A stretch of 29,046 nucleotides of DNA. It comes from Acanthaster planci (Eukaryota). The notes under the pieces are model-generated. The model had not been told where the DNA came from and searched no databases. It saw nothing but the letters and a program-made list of their open reading frames with translations. Shown here piece after piece: positions 9,923 through 21,266 of the stretch. Position 1 is the first letter of the stretch. Each line of letters opens with the position of its first letter. Both the position numbers and the translations under genes were made by a program. The stretch is from positions 279,984 through 309,029 of the forward strand of contig NW_019091358.1 of the NCBI RefSeq assembly GCF_001949145.1, in the 5' to 3' direction.

Positions 9923-10226
9923 CTAACCCGTGAAACCTGGTCTGCTATTTTTCTCAAGACTCTTAGAGGGTTTTCGATTGGACTCTGTTTCTGCATCAAC
10001 TGAAAAAGGAAATCCCAAACATAATTATAAAATTGGTAGATCGCATAGCACACACGGATCGGATTCGAACCAGGGTCTACGGATCTGCAGTTCAAATCAC
10101 TACCAACTAAGCTACCGAAGCGACGTAATGGATTTCCGTTTTTGAAATGCCACCCCCCCTCTTCATAAATCATTGTCCCCCAGCTAACTACTGAAAAAAA
10201 GTAGCGCGCCAGGTTTCACGGGCTAG
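9923..10226. mobile_element. MITE, ~300 bp, ~30-bp imperfect TIRs, TA flanks, with an internal tRNA-like segment
   Basis: Left end TA|CTAACCCGTGAAACCTGGTCTGCTATTTTT; reverse complement of the right end TA|CTAGCCCGTGAAACCTGGCGCGCTACTTTT. Confidence 0.8.
10052..10120 (-). pseudogene. tRNA-Cys(GCA)-like sequence (degenerate or SINE head)
   Basis: Minus strand reads GGTAGCTTAGTTGGTAGTGATTTGAACTGCAGATCCGTAGACCCTGGTTCGAATCCG: box A, a CTGCAGA anticodon loop and box B. Acceptor and anticodon stems are imperfect. Confidence 0.6.
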
Positions 10227-10503
10227 TATTAAGTCTCGCCGGGACACCGCTGTCAACATGGAGCAGGTCCTGTGTGTGCCATCATCCCCGGCAACCGCGG
10301 GAAGACGGACTGGGCACCAGTATGTTTCTCTCATATTAGTATAGATAGATGCTGGCAAATATTTCCCCAAGGCCTTTTCCGAGCTGGGTTTTTAATGAAG
10401 TAACTGAATGAAAAAATATTACGAATTCTAATATTTTTGCACATTTTTTTCCACCGAAGATTCCGGAAGCGTGGCATCAGGGGTCAACTTTCAGGCTCTA
10501 TTT

Positions 10504-10794
10504 GACCTTATTCACAAGTCGGCCATATCGAATTGACAGCGAGGCTACCATTTTTATTTGGATATCTAAAAATAGAAACACAAGGAATGAAATAAATGTT
10601 CATCACAGGTTCATTTCATTTCTAATGAAGAATAATTTAAATCTTGTAACATTTTATATATAGATGTTTAAAGCAACAGTTATAAAAAGAGAGTGAAGGG
10701 AAAACCAAACATAGTACCGACCCATCTGACAGATCATAACGGATAAGGTAGATTCAAGAAACATGATCCAAATAGCTTCCTTGTGGATAAGGTC
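10504..10794. mobile_element. Short non-autonomous DNA transposon (MITE), ~290 bp
   Basis: Left end GACCTTATTCACAAG; right end CTTGTGGATAAGGTC (14/15 inverted match). Confidence 0.6.
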
Positions 10795-11157
10795 TACATT
10801 GACGATTGCTCGTGTCTCTTCGGGGCCATCGTTCGAGTATGTACGCGCATTGCGCAAAGATGTTTACAAAATCAGTTTTCCAAATCGTGGTTCCTTTCCA
10901 TTTTGTTTGTCTCTAACATCGAAACCGATTGCCGTCCTATAATTTTAGAAACAGGTCCAGTTATTTCATTTTTGCCAATTATAAAGAATTAGATAATTCT
11001 TTTGAAGAGCAAGATCTTTTTTGAGCAAACAATTACAATTCTGGACGATAAAAATCTGGTGGATCCTATTTGGAAACGAAGTCCAGATTTGAAACACGGT
11101 GCTGCGACATGTACTACCGGTACCAAAATTAATGCGTACTAATGACGTATAACTAAA

Positions 11158-12520
11158 GGTGTCAGGTCAACTCGCCCCCTGACCGACTCGCCCCGTTCCA
11201 ACTCGCCCCCTCGTAAACTCGCCCCCTTTCCAACTCGCCCCATGACCGACTCGCCTCTTACCAACTCGCCTTCTGGCCGACATGCCCCCTGCTGACCGAC
11301 TCGCCCCCTATAGGAACGTCAAGCAAACATGGCCGGTCCAATGTATTAAAAAAACACCAGTGGTTCTAACCAACGACGCGACACGAACGACTGACGGACG
11401 GTGATGGATATTTGGACATCACCACTAATCACTTATTTATTCAAACGCTTCCTACGTCCACTGTCTGATTAGGTTATTTGTACTTCCAAAAAGTACCCTC
11501 AGGATCAACAACTTCGAACCCTCCGTCCCATTAATATTTGGGTATGTGACTGTATCTTCTTGTAGTGACCCGATATCCAGTTAGTTAGTTATAGTGTTCT
11601 GTTGCTCATTCACTCAACTGGGATCTCACATATTGATTTAGGTACTTTTTGTGTGATGTATAAAGTCATAGTGGTACATTGTACACTAATGTCAATTTTT
11701 AACGTCCCATTATTAAATTTTTTTTATTTGCGTAATTTTTCTTCCTTTTTTTGAATTGAATACCTTTGAGAGTGTTTTAATTTGTTTACTAGTAAAGGGC
11801 ACCCGATGACATGACTGTTTTTCCATGACGTCATGACACCGACAGTGCATGCTGGGATATAATTCAATATGGCCGATCAACAATGTGATCCTTGATGACT
11901 GTACTCGCCGAATAAATCAGTATTTAGTGTTAATTGTGAACTAATAAATGCATCCCGTTATCGGAACCTGAAAGTGTGTAGCGACCGTTACACCCTTTGT
12001 CATAAATCATGTCTCCTTAACACTTCCGTAGGTTAGCGTCGCCGGACATTATGCCTAATATGTGCCATTTTTTTATCCGAAATAGTCCGCAAAGTTAATT
12101 AATATGGTAGAGTGTTGATGTTGTGGCGCACAAAATCCCATAGACAATACACAGGAAACGCTGCGCCATGGCCCATACACACGATAATACTGAATTAGTT
12201 TTACCAATATCAAAAATAAATATTGTTACCCCCCAAATTCTACAAAAAGGGAATATCCACCAAGCTTTAAACAAACTCAACTTTGAGTGCCAGCTGCAAA
12301 CCCCAGAACCTATTTTAAGGGCAGCAATCACCGATTCCATCTCTGACTGATTGTATTTTTTATTGAATGGTGAATGGGCCGGCCATACGTGTTTGGCAAA
12401 CCTTAGGGGGCGAGTTGGCTAGGGGGCGAGTTGGCTAGGGGGCGAGTCGGTCGGGGGCGAGTCGGTAAGGGGCGAGCTGGTAAGGGGCGAGTCGGCCAGG
12501 GGGCGAGTTGACCTACAATC
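11158..12520 (+). mobile_element. Non-autonomous foldback-type DNA transposon, copy 1 (1363 bp)
   Basis: Ends GGTGTCAGGTCAACTCGCCCC...GGGGCGAGTTGACCTACAATC, with subterminal arrays of ~15-bp (C)CRACTCGCCCC units. 8-bp TSD TAACTAAA/TGACTAAA (1 mismatch). No coding capacity. Strand label is arbitrary. Confidence 0.9.
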
Positions 12521-12961
12521 TGACTAAATATATGCGGGGCAGGCCTACATGCATTTGAAAAGTGTTCGTTGCTTTTTTTTCTCAGTTATCTGGAGATATA
12601 AATCGTCTACATCGCTGATGAGGATGGACATTATACTGCCAAGACTACATTAGTGATATCAAGTACGTGTAGCCCTATGTATTATTACTGGGTGTGATCG
12701 TTGGAAGGGCTGATCAGCGCCATTCTCGTAGTCGGACTAGGCTAGTACTAAGATTATTCCATTGCGCTCAACGTCTGGGCTGTGGGCAAACATGGCAAAC
12801 GGGCAACTCTCCATTCACTTTGCCATGTTTGTACAGGGATTTGCATGTTTTTCTCATGTTTTGCTGCATTATGATAAAGTACTTTAAACCTTTTTGGTAC
12901 AGTGTGGGAGATATTCACAGTGCATAAATACTGAAATTTCAGACATATTTGCAGGCCTAAA

Positions 12962-14384
12962 GATTGTAGGTCAACTCGCCCCCTGGCCGACTTGCCCCAT
13001 ACCAGCTCGCCCCTTACCAACTTGCCCCCTAGCCAACTTGCCTCCTTACCAACTCGCCTCCTGACCGACTTGCCCCCTGGCCAACTGGCCCCCTAAGTTT
13101 GCCAAGCACGTATGGCCGGCCCATTCACCATTTAATAAAAAGTACAATCAGTCAGAGATGGAATCTGTGATTGCTGCCCTTAAAAATAGGTTCTGGGGTT
13201 TGCAGCGGACACTCAAAGTTGAGTTTGTTCAAAGCTTGGTGGATATTCCCTTTCTGTAGAATTTGGGGGGTAACAATATTTATTTTTGATATTGGTAAAA
13301 CTAATTCAGTATTATCGTGTGTATGGGCCATGGCGCAGCGTTTCCTGTGTATTGTCTATGGGACTTTGTGCACCACAACACCAACACTCTACCATATTAA
13401 ATAACTTTGCGGACTATTTCGGATAAAAAATATGGTACATATAAGCCAAAATGCCCGGCGATGCAAACCTACGGAAGTGTTAAGGAGACATGATTTATGA
13501 CAAAGGGTGTAACGGTCGCTACACACTTTCAGGTTCCGATAACGGGATGCATTTATTAGTTCACAATTGACACTAAATACTGATTTATTCGGCGAGTACA
13601 GTCATCAAGGATCACATTGTTGATCGGCCATATTGAATTATATCCCAGCACTGTCGGTGTCATGACTCATGGAAAAACAGTCAAGTCATCTGGTGCCCGT
13701 TACTTGTAAACAAATTAAGAGCACTCTGAAAGATATTCAATTCAAAAAAGGAATAAAAATTATGCAAATAAAAAAATTAATAATGGGGCGTTACAAATTT
13801 ACATTAGTGTACCCTGTACCACTATGACTTTATACATCACACAAAAAGTGTATATCCAAGAACCTCAATCAATTTTTGCAGTATATGTGAGGTCCCAGTC
13901 GAGTGAATGAGCAACAGAACACTATAACTAACTGGATATCGGGTCACTACAAGAAGATACAGTCACATACCCAAATATTAATGGGACGGATCAAGGGTTC
14001 GAAGTTGTTGATCCTGAGGGTATGTTGGATGTACAAATAACCTAATCAGACAGTGGACGAAGGAAGCATTCGAATAAATAAGGGATTAGTGGTGATTAGT
14101 AGTCCAAATATCTATCACCGTCCGTGAGTCATTCGTGTCGCATCGTTGGTTAGAACCATTGTTTTTTTAATACATTGGGCCAGCCATATTTGCTTGACGT
14201 TCCTAGGGGGCGAGTCGGTCAGGGGGCGAGTCGGCCAGGGGGCGAGTCAGTCAGGGGGCGAGTCGGCCAGGAGGCGAGTTGGTACGAGGTGAATCGGTCA
14301 GGGGGCGAGTTTACGAGGGGGTGAGTTGGAAAGGGGCGAGTTGGTAAGGGGCGAGTCGGTCAGGGGGCGAGTTGACCTGACACC
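12962..14384 (-). mobile_element. Same family, copy 2, opposite orientation (1423 bp)
   Basis: Reverse complement of copy 1 along its length, with scattered substitutions and indels. Perfect 8-bp TSD GGCCTAAA at 12954-12961 and 14385-14392. Confidence 0.92.
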
Positions 14385-14895
14385 GGCCTAAAGCCCAAAG
14401 GTACTTTAGTCAATCATGTCAAGTAGACCCTAGTAGTTAACATATGACGGTTACCCCTAGGACTGTGGGGTCTGACGTCCGCTCCGCTCCCACGAACCCC
14501 AAGAAAATGAGCCTGCACCAGCACCTCTGTTTTGTCTGAATTAAGCTCTTTCAAAAAGTGTCAAGTACTTTCTTCAGTTATTTCTGTCCGTTGTGCTTTG
14601 TCTTTTCATGTTGGGATATGGTGAGTATGCTGGCATTCTGATCAGACTATGACATACATGTGATAACCAGCCTGTAAATTCCAAAAAAAACTGACTTTTA
14701 AGTTGGTCTGATTGCTACCGCTAGCACAGGTCTAGCCTGTCTATTGATTTGGTTTTATTGTCACAGACAGCAAAGCAAAGCTGATCATGGACTACATTGC
14801 TGCGATGTGCATGTACAACATGTAGTTGCTTTATTATCATGCAGGTAAGCCGGACTTCAGAGCACAAGTAAGGAGAGGCTGCAACTGCATTCATC

Positions 14896-14993
14896 ATGCC
14901 TATCAAACATAAGGAGCTGTACATTGCTAAGTCAATGCATGAACTCAACCTGAAGACAAATGTTGATACTGACAAAAATACCAAAATAAAAAT
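14896..14993 (+). CDS. USP8: USP8-like deubiquitinase, first coding exon (MPIKHKELYIAKSMHELNLKTNVDTDKNTKIK)
   Basis: Resembles the USP8 N-terminus (KELY..S..LN.KT.V). Ends in phase 2 at AT|GTAAGT. Confidence 0.85.
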
Positions 14994-15094
14994 GTAAGTT
15001 TATTTCAAAAGTTTTTTGTACAGTTTTCATGAATCTTCTACTGTCACTCAGTATTAAGCTTCAGTTGAATTTATTTTGTACTTGGTTACTTGTT

Positions 15095-15245
15095 GAGAGC
15101 CAAGGCCCAGTGGTTCTGTCAATCGACCTGTATGAAGTGGTGTGTGGGTTCAAACCCATGGGTGCCATATGCTTTCAACCATGAGCAAGACACTTTACAA
15201 CATTTTCCACCCACAGTATAGAAGTGTACAGTATACATGTAGGTG
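15095..15245 (+). mobile_element. Old tRNA-head SINE fragment with a CORE-like central motif
   Basis: Box A-like AGGCCCAGTGG, box B GGTTCAAACCC, followed by TGAGCAAGACACTTTAC. Confidence 0.55.
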
Positions 15246-15639
15246 GAAAATGGTTTGCGTTCATCACAAACTGCTACAGAGAGATATTCTCATTGAAAAG
15301 AATCAGGAAAATGTTGAGCAAGTTTATCCCTCTGAGGAAAAAATGCTATACATGTACATGTACAGCAAAGTTTCTTACTGCATATTACAAGTTGTAGTAA
15401 ATCAGTAAACTCAACAAAAATATCCAAAGTCATCAACTGAGACTTTGGAGGAGTGTCAAGCCTCTGCTAAAGTAATAGTGAATGGACCCTTTCAAAGTCT
15501 TCCAAAATATGATGGACTTTGAAGGGTGGTCTCATTGTCAACCCAGCATTCAGATATCAATGATGTACCAATACTGCTATACATGTACATTCAAAGTGAT
15601 GTGTTAACATATTTTTTTCTACATTGTACATTGCTGCAG

Positions 15640-15784
15640 ATACTGTAGGTCTGCCAATAGGATGTTCCAAGAGGCTGAAAAGGCTGACAGGAATATGGAT
15701 GAAGAACGTGCTTATGTCCTGTACATGAAGTTTACCAGCCTTGTGCAGTATATATGTAAGGCAAAGGAGTACAAAGCAGATAAG
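15640..15784 (+). CDS. USP8: USP8-like second coding exon, MIT domain (YCRSANRMFQEAEKADRNMDEERAYVLYMKFTSLVQYICKAKEYKADK)
   Basis: Contains the USP8 signature DEERAYVLYMK. Acceptor TGCAG|A, donor AAG|GTACAT. Phase 2 in, phase 0 out, which joins the neighbouring exons in frame. Confidence 0.92.
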
Positions 15785-16002
15785 GTACATGTACAAGTTA
15801 ATGTTTGTGTATCACAGCTCAGGAAGTGAGGTCATTGATAAGAAATAACACTCCAAGTGAAAATGTACACACATATGGTATGTTAGAAAGGTAATGGGAG
15901 AATGGTTAAACTAGTTTCTGTATGCGTTTACATTGAACTTGTTTGTCACGTAACACAAAAACAAACTAACTGCTTGTTTATCTCGGGAAATATCGAAGCA
16001 TA

Positions 16003-17244
16003 TGTAACGGGGAAAAATGGCACTCTATGGGGAACTCGCAAAACAACAAAAAACTCTAAGCCAAGGATCTTTGAGGGAAGGCCACAGGAAACTGAATTAA
16101 TAGGGACCCAGACACCAATATTTGACCTCCAAAAAATGGACAAAAAAGAATTTATTAATGAAAAAGGACTGAAAAAATGCAAAAAACAAAGGGAAAAAAG
16201 GACTAAAAAACACACTGAAAACTTTAAAAGGACTTAAAAAATCGCAGTGTGTATAAGTGGCTTTTCAAGTACACTCCAACAAGAAGTCTGTAGACCAAGA
16301 AAAGAAGAGTAAAGAATAAAACAAAAACAGGGTCTGCTAAATGTTCATGACACATTTAACAAGTTCTCTCATACAATTTACCAAGGAAGTGGAAGACGCT
16401 AATCCCCAAGCAAGAAAGAATACATTCTGCAACAAGCCCAGTGTGTGGCATCACTATGGACTAATTAGTGAGTGCAGTGGGAAAATTCGGATTAAAACTA
16501 AAGCACATGCATGGTCTTGACCCACTAAACTCTACACCTGTCTTATTTGATGTACAAAAGACAATGAGAGAATCTAGAAAGCAAATGAATTACCAGTTTG
16601 ACAGAAAAGAATAAAGCATGGTCCATCCAGTACTTGACCCAAGTTGAATTTAGCAAGCTGAAATACTTTCTCCAAAGAATTCAAATAGATTGAAACTCCC
16701 AATAAAAATCTTGTTTACCTCATCAAAAAGTTCAATAAGAATTACTACCATCAAGAGCAAAATCAGTAATGAATCTGATATAATGAATAAGTTGGGTGAA
16801 TAGAACAGTTCCAAAACCTCAAAATGAGAGCTTCTTCAAAAGACTGACCTTGTCCAAAATCAAAGTTTACTTTGTAAACTACACAAACTTAAAACTACAA
16901 TGAATTAAAGTATACTAAAACTACTTACAATTTACAATACATGAAAGAAAACAATTATTATAGGAGCGAAGACTCACCAATGACTTGAGCAGACAAAACA
17001 CAAGCAAGGCACACCACACTTCACTGCTGGTCAGTTGTACTGAACTGCCTTTACCAGGAAGCAACTTTACAGGGGACAACTTTATTGTGGGCTAAAGCAA
17101 ACAAACGGGAACACACTACCAAGAAAAGAGGGGGTATCTAACTGAGACTGAAATGAATTTTGTTTTCTTTACTAAGGGGCACTACTCTTATCTTCTAAAC
17201 AATAAAGAATACTTAAAATACAAGTGAAACTTGGCCCTGCCACA
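16003..17244 (-). mobile_element. Solo LTR (1242 bp), probably Gypsy-type
   Basis: TG...CA termini (TGTAACG...TGCCACA) with a 4-bp TSD CATA at 15999-16002 and 17245-17248. A minus-strand AATAAA near 16151-16156 suggests the orientation. No internal coding region. Confidence 0.78.
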
Positions 17245-19109
17245 CATACAATATTATTAAATTTGTCTGGTAATTTTTCTTGTTGCCTGATGGTCACAGT
17301 GAAGCAGACAAGTCCAAGCCAGTTGGTTTTCCTGGTGATATGGGTGCACCTTCCACCAGGCAAACATCAAAGGCATACTAGCTAAAACACCAGCAGTCAA
17401 TTTCACGAAACGTGGCGTAACTTTGAACCATGTATTCAATTTCATGAAAAATTGCTCAGCTGCACAATGTTCAATTATATTAAAATTCGTGGTTGAGAAC
17501 AATCGTGGCTGTTTCTTAGGGGTGAGCATTTGCGGGTATTTTTAGAACCGGGTACCCGTTTTCTGTTAACTTTGGGTACCCGGAAAAGAGATCACTTAAA
17601 AACAAATGGCATTGCGCGTGACCCGGTGGACCATGTGCCCGAAACAGGGTTCTCTTTGGTACAAAGGAAGCAAGCAGCACATTGTTCTAAACGTTGGAGT
17701 TACTCTCTCCTACCTTTTTATCAAACGAAATTGTTACCTTCAGTTTGCAAATGTTTTTTGTGGGTATATGAAACTGAAAACAAATCCTCACGGGGAACGT
17801 CAGAAAAGAGGACAGAGCTGCAAACCACCTACATGATGTTCGCTCTTGCAACCGCTCAAAGGAGATGTCCCGGATGCTGCATGACCACGTACACGCGGTA
17901 TTCAGGTGTTGTGCACAAATGGCGAACACTGGTCGTGTCACATGCGGACCAGATCAGTGCTATATACGTCATGGGTTAAAAGGCTTAAAGTTTTATGTAC
18001 AAAAATACCACTGTAACTCGCACAATGTCCACACCATTATATCCACTTATTTTGAAGTTTCTGATTCAAAAACCTGCCACCAAAATGCTTCAAACGGCAT
18101 TGAAAGTATCGGAAGTCTATATAGGGTCAGGAGTCATCGCAAGTTCATTTCTTTTCTTACGAGGACCAGCACGTTGCATAAATCAACGTAGCTGCAACTG
18201 TGTAATCCTGGCTTTCAAGACGCTGAAACTAACCTGATTGCAACGCGGGCCCAATTGTAGTCCCCTTTCAGGCAGTCCAATCACTGACACTGCAACGACC
18301 ATGTGACCGCAAAAGGAAAGGTCATGTGACCACACATAGGGAAGCCCAAGTGAAAAAAATAGCAGCGCTTCACGTTGTTAAATGACTGAGCGATACAAAA
18401 GTTTTGCCACACGAAGGTACGTATCACTATGAAGTGGTTTAGTTTAATAAATACTTTTTCTGAATAACTCCATTCCCCTGAGGTTCAATTGTCGAGATTT
18501 TAATGTATAAGTACTTTGACAAGTGACATTTGATTGGCCGACTGTATTATGACTTGCACCTGTCAACATTTCCCTTTTTTCGAATGAAAAAAATACTTAG
18601 ATTTGAAATGCTTTTGTACATACAGAAAACATCCTTCCTGCTTTTTTGTTCAATCCTCATCCACAGTTACGCTGAATCACTGAGGAAATTCATGTTGCTT
18701 TAATTTAAAAATAATTTTGAAACGGCATATTTCTTGGTTTAACAAAACTAAACTGGTTCTCTGACTCCTTGGATTTGTAGCGCACATTTAGTGCTTTGGT
18801 TATAAAAAGAGGCCAATCAACCGCACAATTTGTGCGTGATCACTACTTACCGCACGTCAAGTGGAGCCCCAGTACCGCTGGAATATTACACAGTCCGCTC
18901 TCGCTTCGTCGTCAATCTCGACAAGTAATTCTCATTCATATTGTTTTATTTGACAAAAATACTCTTAACTCAAACATTAAGCACTACTAATTCCGCACAA
19001 AAGTCATTTAGGCCGACAGTTACAAATACAGTCATGCAAGTGTACATCAACAATGCTTCCACCTCATAAGACAAAACTCCTTCGGTCTCTTGTTCATATA
19101 GGTTTGGTA

Positions 19110-19876
19110 CAGTCATTTTCCTAGTTCCGGATCACAAAAATTAATATTTAAAAAAATCCTCAAATTCGAGTAAAATATGGTCAGAAGTCAACTTTGTATT
19201 TTGGATATACCCCGGTACTTCAATTCTTTTTTCAAAATCTAAGCTTTTATATTTGGACTCACAGGATCGATCGAAGAAAGTGACGACGACACCTTTCCTA
19301 GTTCTGGATCGGTTTAGGATCGAGACAAAAGCAAAACAAATAAAAAGTAACCATACGAAAAATCAATTTTAAGCCAAAACCATTGCAAAAAGTTGCTTTT
19401 CTAATAAAGAATTTTTTAATTTTGAGAAAATTAGATGGAAAATAAGAATTCCAATGAATTAAAAAGTAGAAATTGCGTAAAGTTTGACTCAAGTTTTCAA
19501 CTGTACAGTGATCTATCAATGGTACCCTCCCCGCGCCGCACAATTGACGAACCCATTACATCACATACATTTCTGCTGCGCCCGTGTAGTTGAGTTCACA
19601 ACGACTTTGCGTGGTAACGCCGCGCGATCCGAAAGTAGGGGGGAAAAGCTTGCGTTTTTCAGCAAATTAACGGAAACTCTAAAAAAGTGATTTTGATTAA
19701 GCAGACATTAGATGCAAGGTTTATATGACTATTCAATTTAGATGCAAGGTTTATATGACTATTCAATTTGAAGAAATAGTTGAAATCATACGTAGTGAGT
19801 GACCTATCACCCGTGAATTTTAGTGGTTTTTTTGCTCTTGTGAACGAGGAAAATTCCGGAACTAGGAAACCGACTA
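19110..19876. mobile_element. Possible nested MITE inside the hAT-like element
   Basis: 15-bp perfect inverted core TTTCCTAGTTCCGGA (19117-19131 / 19855-19869), extending imperfectly to AGTC...GACT. A third variant copy lies near 19294. Confidence 0.5.
19708..19767. repeat. Exact 30-bp tandem duplication
   Basis: TTAGATGCAAGGTTTATATGACTATTCAAT x2. Confidence 0.95.
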
Positions 19877-20985
19877 GCGGTACAATGGGTGGAGTGGATA
19901 ACAAAATTAGCTGTCGATCTCCGAATTCAAGTTTCATGTAGGACCGCGGGACCGGGTTTTCAGCGGCACGGTGGTTTTCCATGAAGTCTGCCCTTCAGTA
20001 AGAAATTTCACAGACATTTTATGCATGAGTGTTTGTTCCTAATTTATTTACTTTTTTACGGGTACCCGGCCCGGAAAAATGGAACCGGGTTTTGAAATCG
20101 ACGGGCGGGTACCCGGCACAGGCCTAATGGCTTTTATGATGGCAGTTCCTTTACAATATTGCAGCAGTCACTGAACAGTTGTTGAAGTACTCCACCCCCC
20201 ATTTTTAAAAAGTTTAATTTCGTTGTTAATTCATTTTAGCAATAATGGCTTTAACTGAACATGATGAGTTTGTTTAATCATTCATTTCTGCTTTGTTTGG
20301 TGCAACTTATTCTACGTTAAATGATTGCTCAATAGTAACTCCACAATGAAGTTACTCCATAATTTCTTGCACAGGTCCTAGATGTGAGCACTGCATAACT
20401 TTTACAAATGTGTCATAATTTGTTATGTAACTTAGGATTGAAATGTAGCCTAAGTAAAGTTATGCCGTTGTGTAAATTTTTGTTAAATCTGCTGCTGACA
20501 AAATAAATTAGCTTATGAAATAATTTAAATGTTTATAATAAAGTGCAATGCAGTTACAACAAACATGAGAGAGCTTACACAATATATTTGGTAAAATCAT
20601 CATTCACTAATGCACCTGTTCCTGGCTCCAGCCTGCTCAAATGTGTGGCAGCCTGCCTCGGAAATATTTCTGTATTGAGATTTTTTGCTAACACTTTCAA
20701 CTTACGTGTACAAAAACTGAAGTTGGAAATAAATAAAAACAGAAAGTCTGGCATTTTGGTAAATGTACCGGTATTATCTTAAGCCTTCATATTTCACCTT
20801 TAAGGTAGTCCCCTCTGGAAGTTTAATCGTTAAGTGACATGAGGTTTCCTTGAGTCATCACTGTTGTACTGTACCATATTTTTTTTATCCTTTCCTTTGC
20901 ATTTCACATTGGCAGAGCAATGCACATTCCTATACACTGGTGCACTATTACCTTATGCAAAGTTTTAATCGTCCCAACCTTCTCT

Positions 20986-21266
20986 TACAGTGTTAAAATA
21001 CACGTTGGGCATGGCAAAAATTGAATATTAATAATCTTTGAAATAGTTGTTCGCGGTACCCGCTGCTACATTTGATTTGAACCAGCCAGCTGACACCAGC
21101 AAGCTCGGTGATTGAGTGGTTAAGACATCTGCACTAGTAAGCAGGAGGTGGTGGGTACAAGTCTCACCCGAGTACGCTTGTTTTTCTCACAAGTCTTCGT
21201 GGGCATACACTGAGTATACAGTGTTGAAAAGATACACGTCGAGCAGGGTAAAAATCCAAAATTAAT
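20986..21266 (+). mobile_element. tRNA-Thr(AGT)-like cassette repeat, family A copy 1 (~1.2 tandem units)
   Basis: tRNA-like segment at 21103-21174 with a CTAGTAA loop followed by GCAGGAG. The element starts and ends with related TACAGTGTT..ATACACGT..GG.A.GG.AAAAAT segments. Confidence 0.7.

Larger units (their letters stand above)
17517..20126. mobile_element. hAT-like non-autonomous DNA transposon, ~2.6 kb
   Basis: TAGGGGTG...CAGGCCTA termini, with subterminal GGGTACCCG and AACCGGG repeats clustered at both ends. No clean 8-bp TSD and no recognisable transposase. Confidence 0.6.

Noticed and set aside
11165..11310. CAACTCGCCCC arrays (also 12405-12510, 12970-13095, 14205-14375) as CRISPR-like repeats
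   Set aside because: No unique spacers, eukaryotic context, and they are explained as transposon subterminal repeats.
12095..13404. Near-identical 81-aa and 77-aa ORFs on opposite strands
   Set aside because: They result from the two inverted transposon copies and show no protein-like motif.
11158..14384. The pair having already moved as one composite transposon
   Set aside because: The outer flanks differ (TAACTAAA versus GGCCTAAA), while each copy has its own TSD.
14578..14620. Hydrophobic mini-exon LFLSVVLCLFMLGY as a signal peptide
   Set aside because: No in-frame start is evident, T-rich DNA gives such peptides by chance, and USP8 is cytosolic. At most a 5'-UTR exon.
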